From the NCBI GenBank assembly GCA_046346755.1, contig JAXMHM010000027.1, positions 51,297-115,296 on the forward strand: a stretch of 64,000 nt of DNA. Direction: 5' to 3'. The notes beneath the pieces were generated by a model that worked only from the letters and a program-made list of their open reading frames with translations, had not been told where the DNA came from and did not search any database. Positions within the stretch are counted from its first letter, which is position 1; the number at the start of each line of letters is the position of its first letter. Below are positions 53,635 through 63,453 of this stretch, piece after piece. The translations under genes and the position numbers were made by a program. Source of the stretch: Opitutaceae bacterium. GTDB lineage: Bacteria; Verrucomicrobiota; Verrucomicrobiia; Opitutales; Opitutaceae.

Positions 53635-56600
53635 ATGAAACCAACCCCGCGTACCCCAATTGACCGGGTCAGGCACCACCTGGCCATCGGTCTTGCGGCA
53701 CTGCTCACAGCCACTGCTGCCCAAGGGCAGACGGCTGCCGCCGACTCAGTCCGTCGGCTTCAGGAAGAAAACGCTGCCCTGCGTAAGCGCTTGGCCGAAA
53801 TGGAAGGAAAAGCTGCACCCGCCGCTCCCGCTGCCACCGCAGCGAGGCCGGCCGCCGCCTCCCCCACCGGTCCGACCGTTTCAGGCGAGCGCCTCACCAA
53901 CGAAACTCCCGAATCCGGCGTCGTTGCCTTGTCCCCCTTCGAGGTGACCAGCGACAAGGATTACGGCTACCTCAAGACCAATGCCGCCACGGCCACCCGT
54001 ATCGGCATGGAGATCCAAAAGGTGCCGCTGAACATCTCCGTCATGTCGCGCGAGTTCCTCGACGACACGAACTCCCGTTCGCTGATGGATCTGTTCCGCT
54101 ATTCGGCTTCGACCTCGGGCGACACGCGCTTCGCGATGCGCCGTCCCGCCAACGAAGCCACGCCGCAGGGCACGTTCACGATGCGTGGTTTCTCGGTGAA
54201 TACCCTGATGCGCAACGGCGTGTTCCGGTATGTGGCTTACAATCTGGACAACGTCGAGCGCGTTGAAATCGTCAAGGGACCCGCGGCCGTGTTCTTCGGC
54301 CAGGGCTATCCCGGTGGCGTGATCAACTACGTCACGAAGCAACCGAGCTTCAGTGACATCGGCACCTCCTTCCGCATCCAGATCAACGACAACAGCGGCC
54401 AGAAGGTCACCTTCGATGACAATCACGTCCTCTCGAAGAAGGCCGCCTTCCGCATCGTCGGCGCCTGGGAAGACACGCAGGGCGAGCGCCGGTTCGAGTT
54501 CCGCAAGAACTTCAACATCACGCCTTCCATCAGCTTCATCCCGTTTGAGGATGGCAAGCTGCGCATGAACCTGGAGCTGGAGTACCTGAAGGAAAAGTTC
54601 AGCCAGAACGACTACGACTGGATCTACAGCGACTTCGCCGGTTGGAAGACCGCCGCGCTGGCCACCACGGCCTACGTTGCGAATTCGATCAAGACCCCCA
54701 GCCTGGCCTACGCCACCTACATCAACAACATTCGTACCGCCACCGGCAACTTCTCGCTGCCGGCCTACACGAAGGTTGAACGGGGTGCCTACTACACCAA
54801 CGCCGCCGGTCAGTTCGTCAAGGACGAGGCGTTCAACTACACCAGCCGCGGCGCCTACACCGACAACGAGGTGAAGGCCGTGACGGCTTCGATGGACTAT
54901 TCGCCCACCGACTGGTTGGACATCCGTTATGTCTTCGTGAAGGACTCGAGCCGCTACAATTCGGTCGAAGGTCTTACGACGCCTTGGGGTGATGGCATCC
55001 ACTGGAACGTCGCCGGAAGCAGCACCGCCGGATACTACCGCGAAACCAATACGAACTACGTCGACTTGGTCTTCAAGAAGGACCTCTTCGGCGTGAAGAA
55101 CAAGATCCTCACCGGATACAATCGCGCCAGCTGGGTTCAGCAGTACAATGCGAATGATCCGCTGTTGACGCCGTACTACGGCCATGTCCCCGGTGCGACC
55201 AATCCGATTGCCAATCCCGGCTACGTCGCCGGAACGTCGGGCGGCTCCCAGGTTCCCGCTCTGCTCGCCGGCTCCGGCGGTCAGATCCCGGTCAACCAAG
55301 TCATCCGCGACCGCAACGGCGTCATCAAGCTGGTGCGCGCCGTGTACACCGACTGGGATCCGGGCTTCGAGACGAATCCCGACATCAACGTGCTGTTCCC
55401 GATCGACCGCGTGTTGCTCGACGGTTACAAGCCCGAGCTTTCGGCGGCCTACCTGAATTACCAGGGTTCGCTGCTGAATGATCGCTTGAATGTCATCGGT
55501 GGTTACCGTCGTGAATGGCGCAAGGAGGAAGGTCAGTTCCTCATCGCCAACTTCCCCTGGTTCATTCCTCCGCCGAACGCGGGTGAAAACCAGACGGCCT
55601 ACCCGATGGACGTCTACTCGTACGACTACAACTACGCGAAGACGAACTTCCTCGATCAGAAGGGTGACTCCTGGATGGGCGGCGCTTCCTTTGCCGTCAC
55701 CAAGAACGTGAACGTGTACGCTTCGATCTCGAAGACGTTCAAGTTCAACACGGGTAACGCCGGCGGCTTTTTCCCCGGTGACGAACTCTCCGTTTACCAG
55801 AGCGCGCTCGACTACGCCAAGTCGCAGGGCAAGACGGGCTTCGACTACCTCGGCCAGACCATCACCTCGGTCGCGCAAGCGGTTCAGGTCATGACCGCCC
55901 GTGGCGCGTATGAGCAGGTGAAGAACGAAACCGGCATGAACTGGGAATTCGGCGCGAAGATCACGACCGACGACAACAAGGTTGTCGGCACGTTGTCCTT
56001 CTTCCGTGGCGAACGCACCAATCAGCGCCTCGACGATGGAGCCAGACAGTCCAACCTCGAAGAGCCCTTCAACAGCAGCACGACGCTCTTCGCGCCGGGC
56101 ACGAAGGGGTACAACACCCGCAACTTCCGCTGGCGCACGACGCAGCTGAAGAACCGCATCGAAGGCACGGAAGCCGAGGTCATCTGGACCCCGATCCGCA
56201 ACTTCCAGGCGGTCATCAACGGTTCCTGGCTGTGGACTGCGAAGACGGTGTACGACAAGACCCGCAATGCCCCCGGCAGCACGGCTTACAATGCCTCCAC
56301 GGCTGCGGCCAAAGTGGCGTCTGACATCTACTACAACGCCCGCATCGAGAACGTTCCGGAATACCGGTTCAACTTCTTCGGCAAGTACACCATCACCGAC
56401 GGCATGGCGCGCGGCGCCTCGATCGGTGGCGGTATGCGCTACTCGTCCGAGACGGTGGTCAGCCGTTCGGTTGACTGGAATCCCCTCGCAGGCGGCTATC
56501 AGGCCGGAGACTACACGGTCTTCGACTTGACGGTCGGCTATCCGTGGGAAGTGTTCGGCTACAAGATGCAGTCCTCGTTCGGCGTCTACAACGTGTTCGA

Positions 56601-56676
56601 CAAGGAATACTCGGAAGGCTCGTTCGCGATGTCTCCGGGTCGCAACTGGCTCTTCTCCAGTACGCTGAGATTCTAA
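53635..56676 (+). CDS. TonB-dependent outer-membrane receptor with N-terminal coiled-coil/Pro-Ala extension
   Basis: Signal peptide, VRRLQEENAALRKRLAEMEGK, plug domain (VERVEIVKGPAAVFFGQG), a long beta-barrel, and a C-terminal ...STLRF. Confidence 0.9.
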   Translation: MKPTPRTPIDRVRHHLAIGLAALLTATAAQGQTAAADSVRRLQEENAALRKRLAEMEGKAAPAAPAATAARPAAASPTGPTVSGERLTNETPESGVVALSPFEVTSDKDYGYLKTNAATATRIGMEIQKVPLNISVMSREFLDDTNSRSLMDLFRYSASTSGDTRFAMRRPANEATPQGTFTMRGFSVNTLMRNGVFRYVAYNLDNVERVEIVKGPAAVFFGQGYPGGVINYVTKQPSFSDIGTSFRIQINDNSGQKVTFDDNHVLSKKAAFRIVGAWEDTQGERRFEFRKNFNITPSISFIPFEDGKLRMNLELEYLKEKFSQNDYDWIYSDFAGWKTAALATTAYVANSIKTPSLAYATYINNIRTATGNFSLPAYTKVERGAYYTNAAGQFVKDEAFNYTSRGAYTDNEVKAVTASMDYSPTDWLDIRYVFVKDSSRYNSVEGLTTPWGDGIHWNVAGSSTAGYYRETNTNYVDLVFKKDLFGVKNKILTGYNRASWVQQYNANDPLLTPYYGHVPGATNPIANPGYVAGTSGGSQVPALLAGSGGQIPVNQVIRDRNGVIKLVRAVYTDWDPGFETNPDINVLFPIDRVLLDGYKPELSAAYLNYQGSLLNDRLNVIGGYRREWRKEEGQFLIANFPWFIPPPNAGENQTAYPMDVYSYDYNYAKTNFLDQKGDSWMGGASFAVTKNVNVYASISKTFKFNTGNAGGFFPGDELSVYQSALDYAKSQGKTGFDYLGQTITSVAQAVQVMTARGAYEQVKNETGMNWEFGAKITTDDNKVVGTLSFFRGERTNQRLDDGARQSNLEEPFNSSTTLFAPGTKGYNTRNFRWRTTQLKNRIEGTEAEVIWTPIRNFQAVINGSWLWTAKTVYDKTRNAPGSTAYNASTAAAKVASDIYYNARIENVPEYRFNFFGKYTITDGMARGASIGGGMRYSSETVVSRSVDWNPLAGGYQAGDYTVFDLTVGYPWEVFGYKMQSSFGVYNVFDKEYSEGSFAMSPGRNWLFSSTLRF

Positions 56677-56712
56677 TCCACGTCTCACTCACACGGGTGA
56701 GTGTCCCCTCCC

Positions 56713-56744
56713 GGGCGGGAGCCGAAAGGCTCCCGCCCTTTTTT
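56713..56744 (+). terminator. rho-independent terminator after the TonB-dependent receptor gene
   Basis: GGGCGGGAGCC-gaaa-GGCTCCCGCCC followed by TTTTTT. A second hairpin lies just upstream (CACTCAC-acgg-GTGAGTG). Confidence 0.9.
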
Positions 56745-56861
56745 GTGGTCAGCGCTCAGGTAACCGTCACTCCGTCAAAGGCCCACCCTCTCGCTTGATC
56801 AAGTTGGAACTCGCCTTGGAGGCAAACCCGCGCATTCTCCTCAGCACCCACCGGGTTCGTT

Positions 56862-57353
56862 ATGAATCTTACCCCCTTCTCGGTCGCGCTTGCCGCAATC
56901 GCGCTTGCCTTCAGTGCAGGCTGTCAGAATTCCCGTTCCGCGCGCATCGAGCGCCATGCGGAGCTGTTCGCAACGCTCGACGGCTTTAGCCAGAGCTTGA
57001 TTCGTCAGGGACTAATCAACTTCGGTTTCAACGACAAGATGGTGGAAATGGCCCTCGGCGAACCCAACCGCATCACCACCGCCACGACCGAAGAAGGCTC
57101 CGTCGTGTTTTGGACCTACCGCAACTTCGTCATACAGAATTCCGAAGCCGCGACCATCGGCACATCCCCCGCCAACCGACATGTCAGTCCGGTGATGGTG
57201 AGTTCTTCGGTGCCACGAGGCGGTCCCAGTCTTTTCAGCACCAAAGCCGGACCTTCACAAGCCACCGTGGCCCTCGACGAGGGAGGCCACGTCGGCACGC
57301 TTGAAGTCAAGTTTGTCGAAGGTCTTGTCGCTGCCGCCGTCATTACTCGCTGA
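56862..57353 (+). CDS. lipoprotein, BamE/SmpA-OmlA-like fold suspected (paralog of 59662..60168)
   Basis: Lipobox AFSAGC. N-terminal 70 aa align with the other lipoprotein (RI..(H/K)..(L/V)FATL ... M..MALG.P). Confidence 0.7.
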   Translation: MNLTPFSVALAAIALAFSAGCQNSRSARIERHAELFATLDGFSQSLIRQGLINFGFNDKMVEMALGEPNRITTATTEEGSVVFWTYRNFVIQNSEAATIGTSPANRHVSPVMVSSSVPRGGPSLFSTKAGPSQATVALDEGGHVGTLEVKFVEGLVAAAVITR

Positions 57354-57365
57354 ACGCGCGACGCG

Positions 57366-59636
57366 TCACGGAGCCGGTTCACGATCGAGTCGGGCCGTGG
57401 CCCGGAGGCGGGCCTGAGTGATGTCGTCCACACGCATGCGGGCCTGAATGACCTCGACCAGCCTGGGCTGCTGGTCCCGGATGAACTTGGACTGAGGCGA
57501 CTCATCCTGCGCACGCGCCAACGCTTCGATCAGCAGGGCCAGGCCCTCGACATCGTCGCGAGGCAGAAGCCGGTCCTTCACATGCAGGGCCGCAAGATTG
57601 AAGAGCGAGAGGACATTGCCGCGGTTCGCCGCACGCCGGTAAAGCTCAGCAGCCTTCGCAAAGTCCACCGGCACCCCCACGCCGTACTCGTGACACACCC
57701 CGAGGTTGTGCTCAGCTCCAGTCGCGCCCTTGGCCACGAGATCGGTGAACAGCGCAAACACGCGCGCCGGGTCCGGTTTGACTCCGAGGCCTCGCGTATA
57801 GAGATCCGCCAACCGGTAGCCTGCCTCGAGATTTCCCAGCTGGTATTGCTGTGAAAAGTACGCAAAGGCCGCCGCCGCATCACCCTTCTGCAGCGCCGCG
57901 TCCCCGGGGGCGACGCTGAAGGTCAGGATCTCTCCCCCCTCGCCCACATACAGCCCCGGTAGGTAGTCACCCAGCGCTTCCTTCCGCCAGTAGTGACCGG
58001 TCGACTGCTGGGTCGCCCGGTCCGTGAAGGCCATGCGCGAACTTTTCATGCGGATCACCGTGGGCGGGCGGTCTGGAAACGGGTTACGCGGGAACAGTCC
58101 CACCACCAGACGATTGTCGGCAAGGAGGTGCGAGGCCACGACGGGAAACACCCGCGCCTTGCGTTCGCCCCATGCCGCGATCTGGAGGCTGGCCTCAAAG
58201 CGGGGAAACCAGGGTGCAATGAAGGGGCAGATACGATCCAGCCGCTGCGGAAGGTAGCGGTAGTCGTAGGTTCTCCAGGTGCGGCCATTGTCGTTGGAGC
58301 CCTCGAAATCCACCTGGTACCGCGCCTTATCGAATTTGGCATAGAGCGAATATTCATTCGCACTGCTCAACCCCTTGGCCCAGGTCACGGGCCACGAGAG
58401 CCAGGCCGGTGCGCTATAAATCGGAACCCCCGCCGCCTTGGCGAGGTAGAATCCAGCGACATAGAAGTGCGTCCACAGGGCAAGACTCAGGGCGCGAGAC
58501 TTCCAAGGAGAAACCACGCGGTAGGCGGCGGGTCGGACCACCGCCGCAAACACACCCTGCACACGAACAAGGCGAAGTCGCCCGGCCAGCGCAGCCAGCA
58601 TCTGGTCATCCAGCCACAGAAGCCCGAGCGCCAGCGCCGATACATTTAGCCAGCCAAAGTTGCTGGTCAGCTGAATGCCCAGCTGCAGGAGACTCCAGGT
58701 CACGAACGCAAACCAGCGTCCCCGCCGGCCGGCCAGCAGCGCGAGCACGGGAGCGAGCAACTCCGCGGCAAACGTCAGCCCAATCTCAAAGACGTGGTAG
58801 GCTTTCGGGAGATGAAAATCGAGGTAGCCAAAAATCGTTGGGAAGGGACTGGTCTCATACATCACCTCCATCGCCGTCAGGTTCCGCCAGTGGGGATCGC
58901 CCGCCACCAACTTCACGAGCCCCGCCTCGATCATGACGCGGAAGAGCAGCCACCGGACCATGAACATCACGAGGGGCCGGGGTGACGAATGCGCGCCGAG
59001 CCCAGGGCGCAAACCCGAAGGTGCGAACGGGATGCAGAGCAGGGCCACCTCCAGCATGAGGTCGTCGAGTTGCGCCGGAGAAAAAACACTCAAGGCCGAA
59101 ACAAAGGAGAGAAAAATCAGCCAGCAGCTGAACAGCGCCAGGCGTGGCCACAGGTTCAGAACCACCGCCGCAGCCGAAGCCAACCCGAGCCAGGTGAGCA
59201 AGCGGATCATGCCCTCACCCGAGTTCAGCCAAAAAAGACTGGGCGCACCGACAAAGGCTGAGAAGGCCGACTCGGAAGATCGGAGGTGAGCAAAGAACTC
59301 ACCGATCGGAACCACCCCGCGTGGTCCAATCAGGGCGTTCCCTTCATCGAGCAAGCCTGCAAAAATAATGACGTACACCAACCCCACCGCCCGAAGCACC
59401 AGCCATCGCGGCCACAAGTAGGTGGCGGAACCATCCGATCCCACCAGGTCCTGAACGCTCTCCTTGATCACCCGCCCCACTCCAGCCAGCGCACCGCGCG
59501 GTGCAGGCGTTGAAATTTCAGTCACTGCGGAGGCGGGGTTGGAATTAGGTTGGGCCACAAGGCTCTCTTGTCGGGAGCTACGACGGTGGTCCGACGCGAG
59601 CTGGCCGCACCACCGAGCGTGCGGCCAGCCAGTCAA
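57366..59636 (-). CDS. lipase-maturation-factor (LMF)-family polytopic membrane protein fused to C-terminal Sel1/TPR repeats
   Basis: LMF-like features (WPRWLVLR..., MEVMYETSPFPT). The C-terminal ~150 aa carry Sel1 repeats (G.LEAGYRLADLYTRGLGV, AEHNLGVCHEYGVGV, AAELYRRAA..G). The exact start is uncertain. Confidence 0.7.
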   Translation of the reverse strand: MTGWPHARWCGQLASDHRRSSRQESLVAQPNSNPASAVTEISTPAPRGALAGVGRVIKESVQDLVGSDGSATYLWPRWLVLRAVGLVYVIIFAGLLDEGNALIGPRGVVPIGEFFAHLRSSESAFSAFVGAPSLFWLNSGEGMIRLLTWLGLASAAAVVLNLWPRLALFSCWLIFLSFVSALSVFSPAQLDDLMLEVALLCIPFAPSGLRPGLGAHSSPRPLVMFMVRWLLFRVMIEAGLVKLVAGDPHWRNLTAMEVMYETSPFPTIFGYLDFHLPKAYHVFEIGLTFAAELLAPVLALLAGRRGRWFAFVTWSLLQLGIQLTSNFGWLNVSALALGLLWLDDQMLAALAGRLRLVRVQGVFAAVVRPAAYRVVSPWKSRALSLALWTHFYVAGFYLAKAAGVPIYSAPAWLSWPVTWAKGLSSANEYSLYAKFDKARYQVDFEGSNDNGRTWRTYDYRYLPQRLDRICPFIAPWFPRFEASLQIAAWGERKARVFPVVASHLLADNRLVVGLFPRNPFPDRPPTVIRMKSSRMAFTDRATQQSTGHYWRKEALGDYLPGLYVGEGGEILTFSVAPGDAALQKGDAAAAFAYFSQQYQLGNLEAGYRLADLYTRGLGVKPDPARVFALFTDLVAKGATGAEHNLGVCHEYGVGVPVDFAKAAELYRRAANRGNVLSLFNLAALHVKDRLLPRDDVEGLALLIEALARAQDESPQSKFIRDQQPRLVEVIQARMRVDDITQARLRATARLDREPAP

Positions 59637-59661
59637 CCTGCGTCACCGAATCAAAGTTCGA

Positions 59662-60168
59662 TTACCGGTCCGCCTTGATCTCGGCGCTGAACACCTTCCC
59701 GTTCAAAAGGTAAACATAAAGAATACTGGAAACCATGTCCGGCACATCGAGACTCGTCTTCGGTCCGCTCTTCGTGTCGCCCAAACCGGGTGCTTCGCTG
59801 CCCTTCCCGTGGGAAGGAGCATTGGGACCCGTCACGTTGCCCTGATACCGCTGGGTCGGACCATTCAGCATCGGCGTCATTTCGCCGCGAGTACCGTAAT
59901 ACTTCTTGTAAATCCATGTCTCCATCTTGCCCTGCGACGTCTCCTTGGTTTCCACCACCGTCGGTTTGCCGAGTGCCATGTAGGCCATGTCTGCCGTGTA
60001 GCCGACATCGATCGCTCCTTCCTTGATGGCCGCCTGCTCCGCAGGAGTCAGCGTGGCGAAGACAGCGGACTTTTCCTGAATGCGGCTGGAAACGCCCGTT
60101 GATTCGCATCCAGTAAAGCCGGCGATCGCTACGCCGGCCAAAAGGCTGATGAGGGATGTTTTTTTCAT
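59662..60168 (-). CDS. lipoprotein (paralog of 56862..57353)
   Basis: Lipobox GFTGC; aligns with the other lipoprotein over the N-terminal domain. Confidence 0.75.
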   Translation of the reverse strand: MKKTSLISLLAGVAIAGFTGCESTGVSSRIQEKSAVFATLTPAEQAAIKEGAIDVGYTADMAYMALGKPTVVETKETSQGKMETWIYKKYYGTRGEMTPMLNGPTQRYQGNVTGPNAPSHGKGSEAPGLGDTKSGPKTSLDVPDMVSSILYVYLLNGKVFSAEIKADR

Positions 60169-60366
60169 GTCGTGGTTGGGAAGAAAGCAAGCGGTGCAGA
60201 CCGATGTCGGCGTCCAGATTCAGCCTGGAAATCGCCATCACCGAGGCGGTGAAATCGGCAGGCACGCTGCTCCCGCGAGCAGACTGCGTTCCCGGGAAAA
60301 GCGCAAACTCTGAAAATGGAATTTCAGCGGCAATAATGCTTCCCACCCGAGTGTGGCCCCGGTTTC

Positions 60367-62307
60367 TTGGAAGGAGTGGCTCCTCCTCCTTCAAACGACG
60401 ATTCCACCCTGGCGCGAACCACGAAACCAACCTGGAGCCGCCGACTGGCCTGGATCGGGCTCGCCTGGGCTGCGGCCATGGTCGTGCTCCTGGTCCTGAA
60501 CCAGCCGGGTGAAACCCCGGTTCCGGGCAACCGGCCGATCGAGGCGCTCGCCGCCGACTACGTCTCCTCCGACACCTGCCGCTCGTGTCACCCCGGCAAC
60601 TACGCCAGCTGGCATGCCTCGTTCCATCGCACCATGACGCAGCCCGCGACGCCGCAGACCGTCGCCGTGGAACTGGACGGCGTTTCGCTCTCCTACGACG
60701 GACTCGACTACCGGATCGACCGGCGCGACGACGCTTACTTTGTTCGCTCCAAACCCGCGGGCGCCGCCGACTCCGCCTTCGGAAAACCGCTGCAGATTGT
60801 GCAGCTGACCGGTTCGCACAACCTCCAGATTTTCTGGCTCGAGACCGGGGACCGGCGCGAGGGGCGCACGCTCGGGCAGTTTCCCTTCGGCTACATCCTG
60901 GCCGAAAAGAAGTGGGCTCCGATGGTCCATACGTTCCTGGTGCCCCCCGGCCCCAAGGCGGTTTATTCCAAGGGCGACTGGAACAACGGCTGCATCAACT
61001 GCCACGTCACCCACGGTCGTTCCACATTCGTAGAAGGCAGCACGTTCGACTCCAAGGCCAGCGAGTTCGGCATCTCCTGCGAGGCCTGCCACAGCGGCGG
61101 TCGCGAGCACATTGAACGCAACCGCAATCCAATCCGTCGATACGCCCTGCACCTCTTCGGGGGCAAGGATCCGACCATCGCCAACCCGGAGCGGATGGAC
61201 GGCCCGGCGGCTTCGCTCGCCTGCGGCCAGTGCCACAGTATCTGGGCCTTCAACAACGCCGCAGCCAGCGTCACCTGGAACAAGGAAAACGGGACCTACC
61301 GCCCCGGCCAGAAGGAGCTCGACCTGCGCTGGGTGGTGCAACCCCAGGGGACCGACCACCCGGAGGCACGGGCCGAATTGAAGGAGACGGATCCGCACTT
61401 CTTCGGCGATCGTTTCTGGGGCGACGGCATGGTGCGGGTGACCGGGCGCGAGCTCAACGGCGTGCTCGCCTCACCCTGCTACAAAGGAGGCCATTTTTCG
61501 TGCCTCAACTGCCATGAAATGCATCCGGACAAAACGGATCCGGTCACCCTGGATACCTGGCGTCGGAACGATCAGATGAAGCCGAAGATGGAGTCTGATC
61601 AGGCGTGCCTCCAGTGCCACCAGGACATGAAGGCCCGGCTGACCCAGCACACCCATCATGCCAGCTCCTCCGAGGGCAGCCGCTGCTACAACTGCCACAT
61701 GCCGCACACGACCTACGGTCTGCTCCGCTCGATTCGCAGCCACCAGATTTCATCGCCCACCGTCAAGGAAACCACCGAGCACGGCCGGCCCAACGCCTGC
61801 AATCTCTGTCACCTTGATCAGACCCTCGCCTGGACCGCGGAGAAGCTGGAGTCCTGGTACGGGCAGAAGAGCCCGGCCCTTTCCAAGGAAGATCAGGCGC
61901 TGTCACTTGCGGCTCAGATCATTCTGAAGGGCGATGCTGGGCAACGCATGCTGATCGCCTGGAGCATGGGCTGGGCGCCGGCGCAAAAGGCCTCAGGCTA
62001 CGAATGGCTTTACCCCTTCCTGATCTTCGAACTCAACGACCCCTATGCCGCCGTCCGCTTTGGAGCCTGGAAGGCACTGCAAACGCTCCCGGGCTTTTCG
62101 GGTTACGAGTACGACTATACGCAGGAGGACGCGCAGCAAAAGGAAGCGGTCGCGCGCGCCTACCAGAAGTGGTGGACCGAGGTGCGCAAACCCAGCCCGA
62201 CGTTCCGCACCCAGACCCTGCTCGAGTCGACCGGCATGTTCCGACAGGACCTGCTCGACCGGTTCCTCGACCAACGCAACGACCGCAAGATTTACCTCGC
62301 CGAGTAG
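60367..62307 (+). CDS. membrane-anchored octaheme c-type cytochrome with HEAT-like C-terminal region
   Basis: Eight CxxCH motifs: CRSCH, CINCH, CEACH, CGQCH, CLNCH, CLQCH, CYNCH, CNLCH. An N-terminal TM/signal anchor is present. The start codon is uncertain (TTG at 60367 or GTG at 60376). Confidence 0.85.
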   Translation: MEGVAPPPSNDDSTLARTTKPTWSRRLAWIGLAWAAAMVVLLVLNQPGETPVPGNRPIEALAADYVSSDTCRSCHPGNYASWHASFHRTMTQPATPQTVAVELDGVSLSYDGLDYRIDRRDDAYFVRSKPAGAADSAFGKPLQIVQLTGSHNLQIFWLETGDRREGRTLGQFPFGYILAEKKWAPMVHTFLVPPGPKAVYSKGDWNNGCINCHVTHGRSTFVEGSTFDSKASEFGISCEACHSGGREHIERNRNPIRRYALHLFGGKDPTIANPERMDGPAASLACGQCHSIWAFNNAAASVTWNKENGTYRPGQKELDLRWVVQPQGTDHPEARAELKETDPHFFGDRFWGDGMVRVTGRELNGVLASPCYKGGHFSCLNCHEMHPDKTDPVTLDTWRRNDQMKPKMESDQACLQCHQDMKARLTQHTHHASSSEGSRCYNCHMPHTTYGLLRSIRSHQISSPTVKETTEHGRPNACNLCHLDQTLAWTAEKLESWYGQKSPALSKEDQALSLAAQIILKGDAGQRMLIAWSMGWAPAQKASGYEWLYPFLIFELNDPYAAVRFGAWKALQTLPGFSGYEYDYTQEDAQQKEAVARAYQKWWTEVRKPSPTFRTQTLLESTGMFRQDLLDRFLDQRNDRKIYLAE

Positions 62308-62346
62308 TCGCCCCCCCTTCGCCCGGGGATCTCCTCCTTTCCTCTC

Positions 62347-62748
62347 ATGAACGTATCCGATCGTCACCTCCGCTTTGGCTGGTGGTCCCTGTTCACTTTC
62401 CTTGCCCTTGGCCTCGTGCTGGAGTCACTGCACGGTCTCAAGTTCGGCTGGTACCTCGACGTCGGTTACGAGATGCGGCGGCTCATGCTCACGCTCTCGC
62501 ACGCCCATGGCGCGCTCTTCGCCCTGGTCAACATCGCGGCGGGACTCACCCTGCGCACCGTGAAGGAGTTCACGCTCGGGAAGTCCGCCTCGCTCAGTCT
62601 GATCTGGGGCTCGGTGCTCACCCCGGCCGGTTTTTTGCTGGGCGGGCTGTTCATTCACGGCGGCGACCCCGGGATCGGCATTGTGCTGGTGCCGATCGGC
62701 GCCGTCTTGCTCCTGCTGGCCGTCTTCAGCGCCGCTCGCTCCCTGTGA
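62347..62748 (+). CDS. small 4-TM membrane protein, unknown function
   Basis: Four hydrophobic segments with conserved-looking His residues (SLHG, LSHAHGALF). Lies 40 nt downstream of the cytochrome gene. Confidence 0.65.
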   Translation: MNVSDRHLRFGWWSLFTFLALGLVLESLHGLKFGWYLDVGYEMRRLMLTLSHAHGALFALVNIAAGLTLRTVKEFTLGKSASLSLIWGSVLTPAGFLLGGLFIHGGDPGIGIVLVPIGAVLLLLAVFSAARSL

Positions 62749-62771
62749 CGGGGCGTTAACTGCCATTCCCC

Positions 62772-63329
62772 ATGCGCCTTTCCCTCGTGTTCGCGGCCAT
62801 CGCCGTGTTCGTCGCCAGTGTCGCCCGGAGCGCCCCACCCGCCAGCGCAGCACCTCCCGAGGCCGGTCTGCTCGCCGGCACCTGGACGTTGGATCCCGCG
62901 CGCAGCACCGAGCTGAGTCCGTGGAAAACGCTCGAACTCACCCTTCAGGTCAATGGAAACCAGGTCAGGCTCCAACGCCGATTCGGCTGGGGGCGGCGGG
63001 CCTACAGCGAGGAGATGACCTTGGTCGTGGGGCCCCAGGATACGGTGGTTCCCCTCCCGTATTGGCCCGACAACCGCCACCTGGGCGCCTACGCCGGCGG
63101 CGACCAGACGAAGCGAGTCAAAGCGACGTGGCTGGACGACGGTCGTTTGCTTCGGCTCTCGACGGATCTGGTGCTGGACACCCAGCAGGGCCCCCGCGAG
63201 GTGAATTGCCTGAGCGACTACCGGATCTCGGCCAGTGGCTCCCTCCTCACCGTGATCGAACTGCGCAGCACGCGCAATCGTCCCGTTGTCTACGTCTTCA
63301 CCCGCACGCCCGCCCCGCCGAAATCGTAG
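62772..63329 (+). CDS. secreted hypothetical protein
   Basis: Signal peptide (AAIAVFVASVARSA), beta-rich composition, follows the membrane protein by 23 nt. Confidence 0.65.
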   Translation: MRLSLVFAAIAVFVASVARSAPPASAAPPEAGLLAGTWTLDPARSTELSPWKTLELTLQVNGNQVRLQRRFGWGRRAYSEEMTLVVGPQDTVVPLPYWPDNRHLGAYAGGDQTKRVKATWLDDGRLLRLSTDLVLDTQQGPREVNCLSDYRISASGSLLTVIELRSTRNRPVVYVFTRTPAPPKS

Positions 63330-63453
63330 TTCCATCGACGCTCGGCCCCTCCCGATGGGTGGCCACTCGCCCTCCCCAGGAGTCCTCCTCCTTTTCGACT
63401 CGATCGTTGCAGTGGCATCTCCGCCTTCCCTCCCGCCGCGTCACACTCCCGTT

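Noticed and set aside
53535-53635. Third copy of the TTTCA-N-TGAAA motif upstream of the TonB-dependent receptor (TTTCCACTGAAC).
   Set aside because: The spacing and half-sites do not match the two good copies, so it is not counted.
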